Positions 63,913 to 64,000 of a DNA stretch of 64,000 nt are shown piece by piece (the stretch's first letter is position 1; every line of letters begins with the position of its first letter). The notes under the pieces are model-generated. The model was not told the origin of the DNA, searched no databases, and saw nothing but the letters and a program-made list of their open reading frames with translations. Source of the stretch: Antedon mediterranea (lineage: Eukaryota; Animalia; Echinodermata); assembly GCF_964355755.1 (NCBI RefSeq), contig NC_092674.1, positions 31,744,001 to 31,808,000 on the forward strand, given 5' to 3'. Made by a program: the position numbers and the translations under genes.

Positions 63913-64000
63913 GTACGTTGGACACAATATATTTTATAGATGGATTGAGTATTATTTTTAAAGAAACATTTACTCAAAAAGAACTTTTTTGAAGAACTAA

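Overview
AT-rich, intron-containing eukaryotic DNA from an invertebrate animal. A marine deuterostome such as an echinoderm is plausible but is an inference. It is not prokaryotic and has no CRISPR array. Spliced genes in order: (1) 3' part of an Sfmbt/MBTD1-L3MBTL2-type MBT+SAM Polycomb gene (+); (2,3) two head-to-tail M14A carboxypeptidase paralogs (+) with Lys at specificity position 255; (4) a ~23-kb IQ-motif gene with an IQCM-like C-terminus (+); (5) a FAM47-family gene (-) with a decayed CR1-type LINE in an intron; (6) KIF3A (+), head-to-head with FAM47; (7) 5' part of a type II membrane collagen with a Caspr-type fibrinogen-like domain (+). About 18 kb (nearly 30%) is tandem repeat with 36-70 bp units, and there are SINEs, MITEs and LINE remnants. 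The most unusual signal is that several arrays are amplified copies of the host gene's own splice junctions. KIF3A carries 21 decoy copies of the acceptor plus exon start in the middle of its DLAGSER motif. The IQ gene carries a 66-bp array of exon-end plus donor copies that defines in-frame 45-nt AG...GT cassette pseudo-exons, each encoding an RPxS motif. Exon structures were assembled by eye, so boundaries may be off by a few bases.
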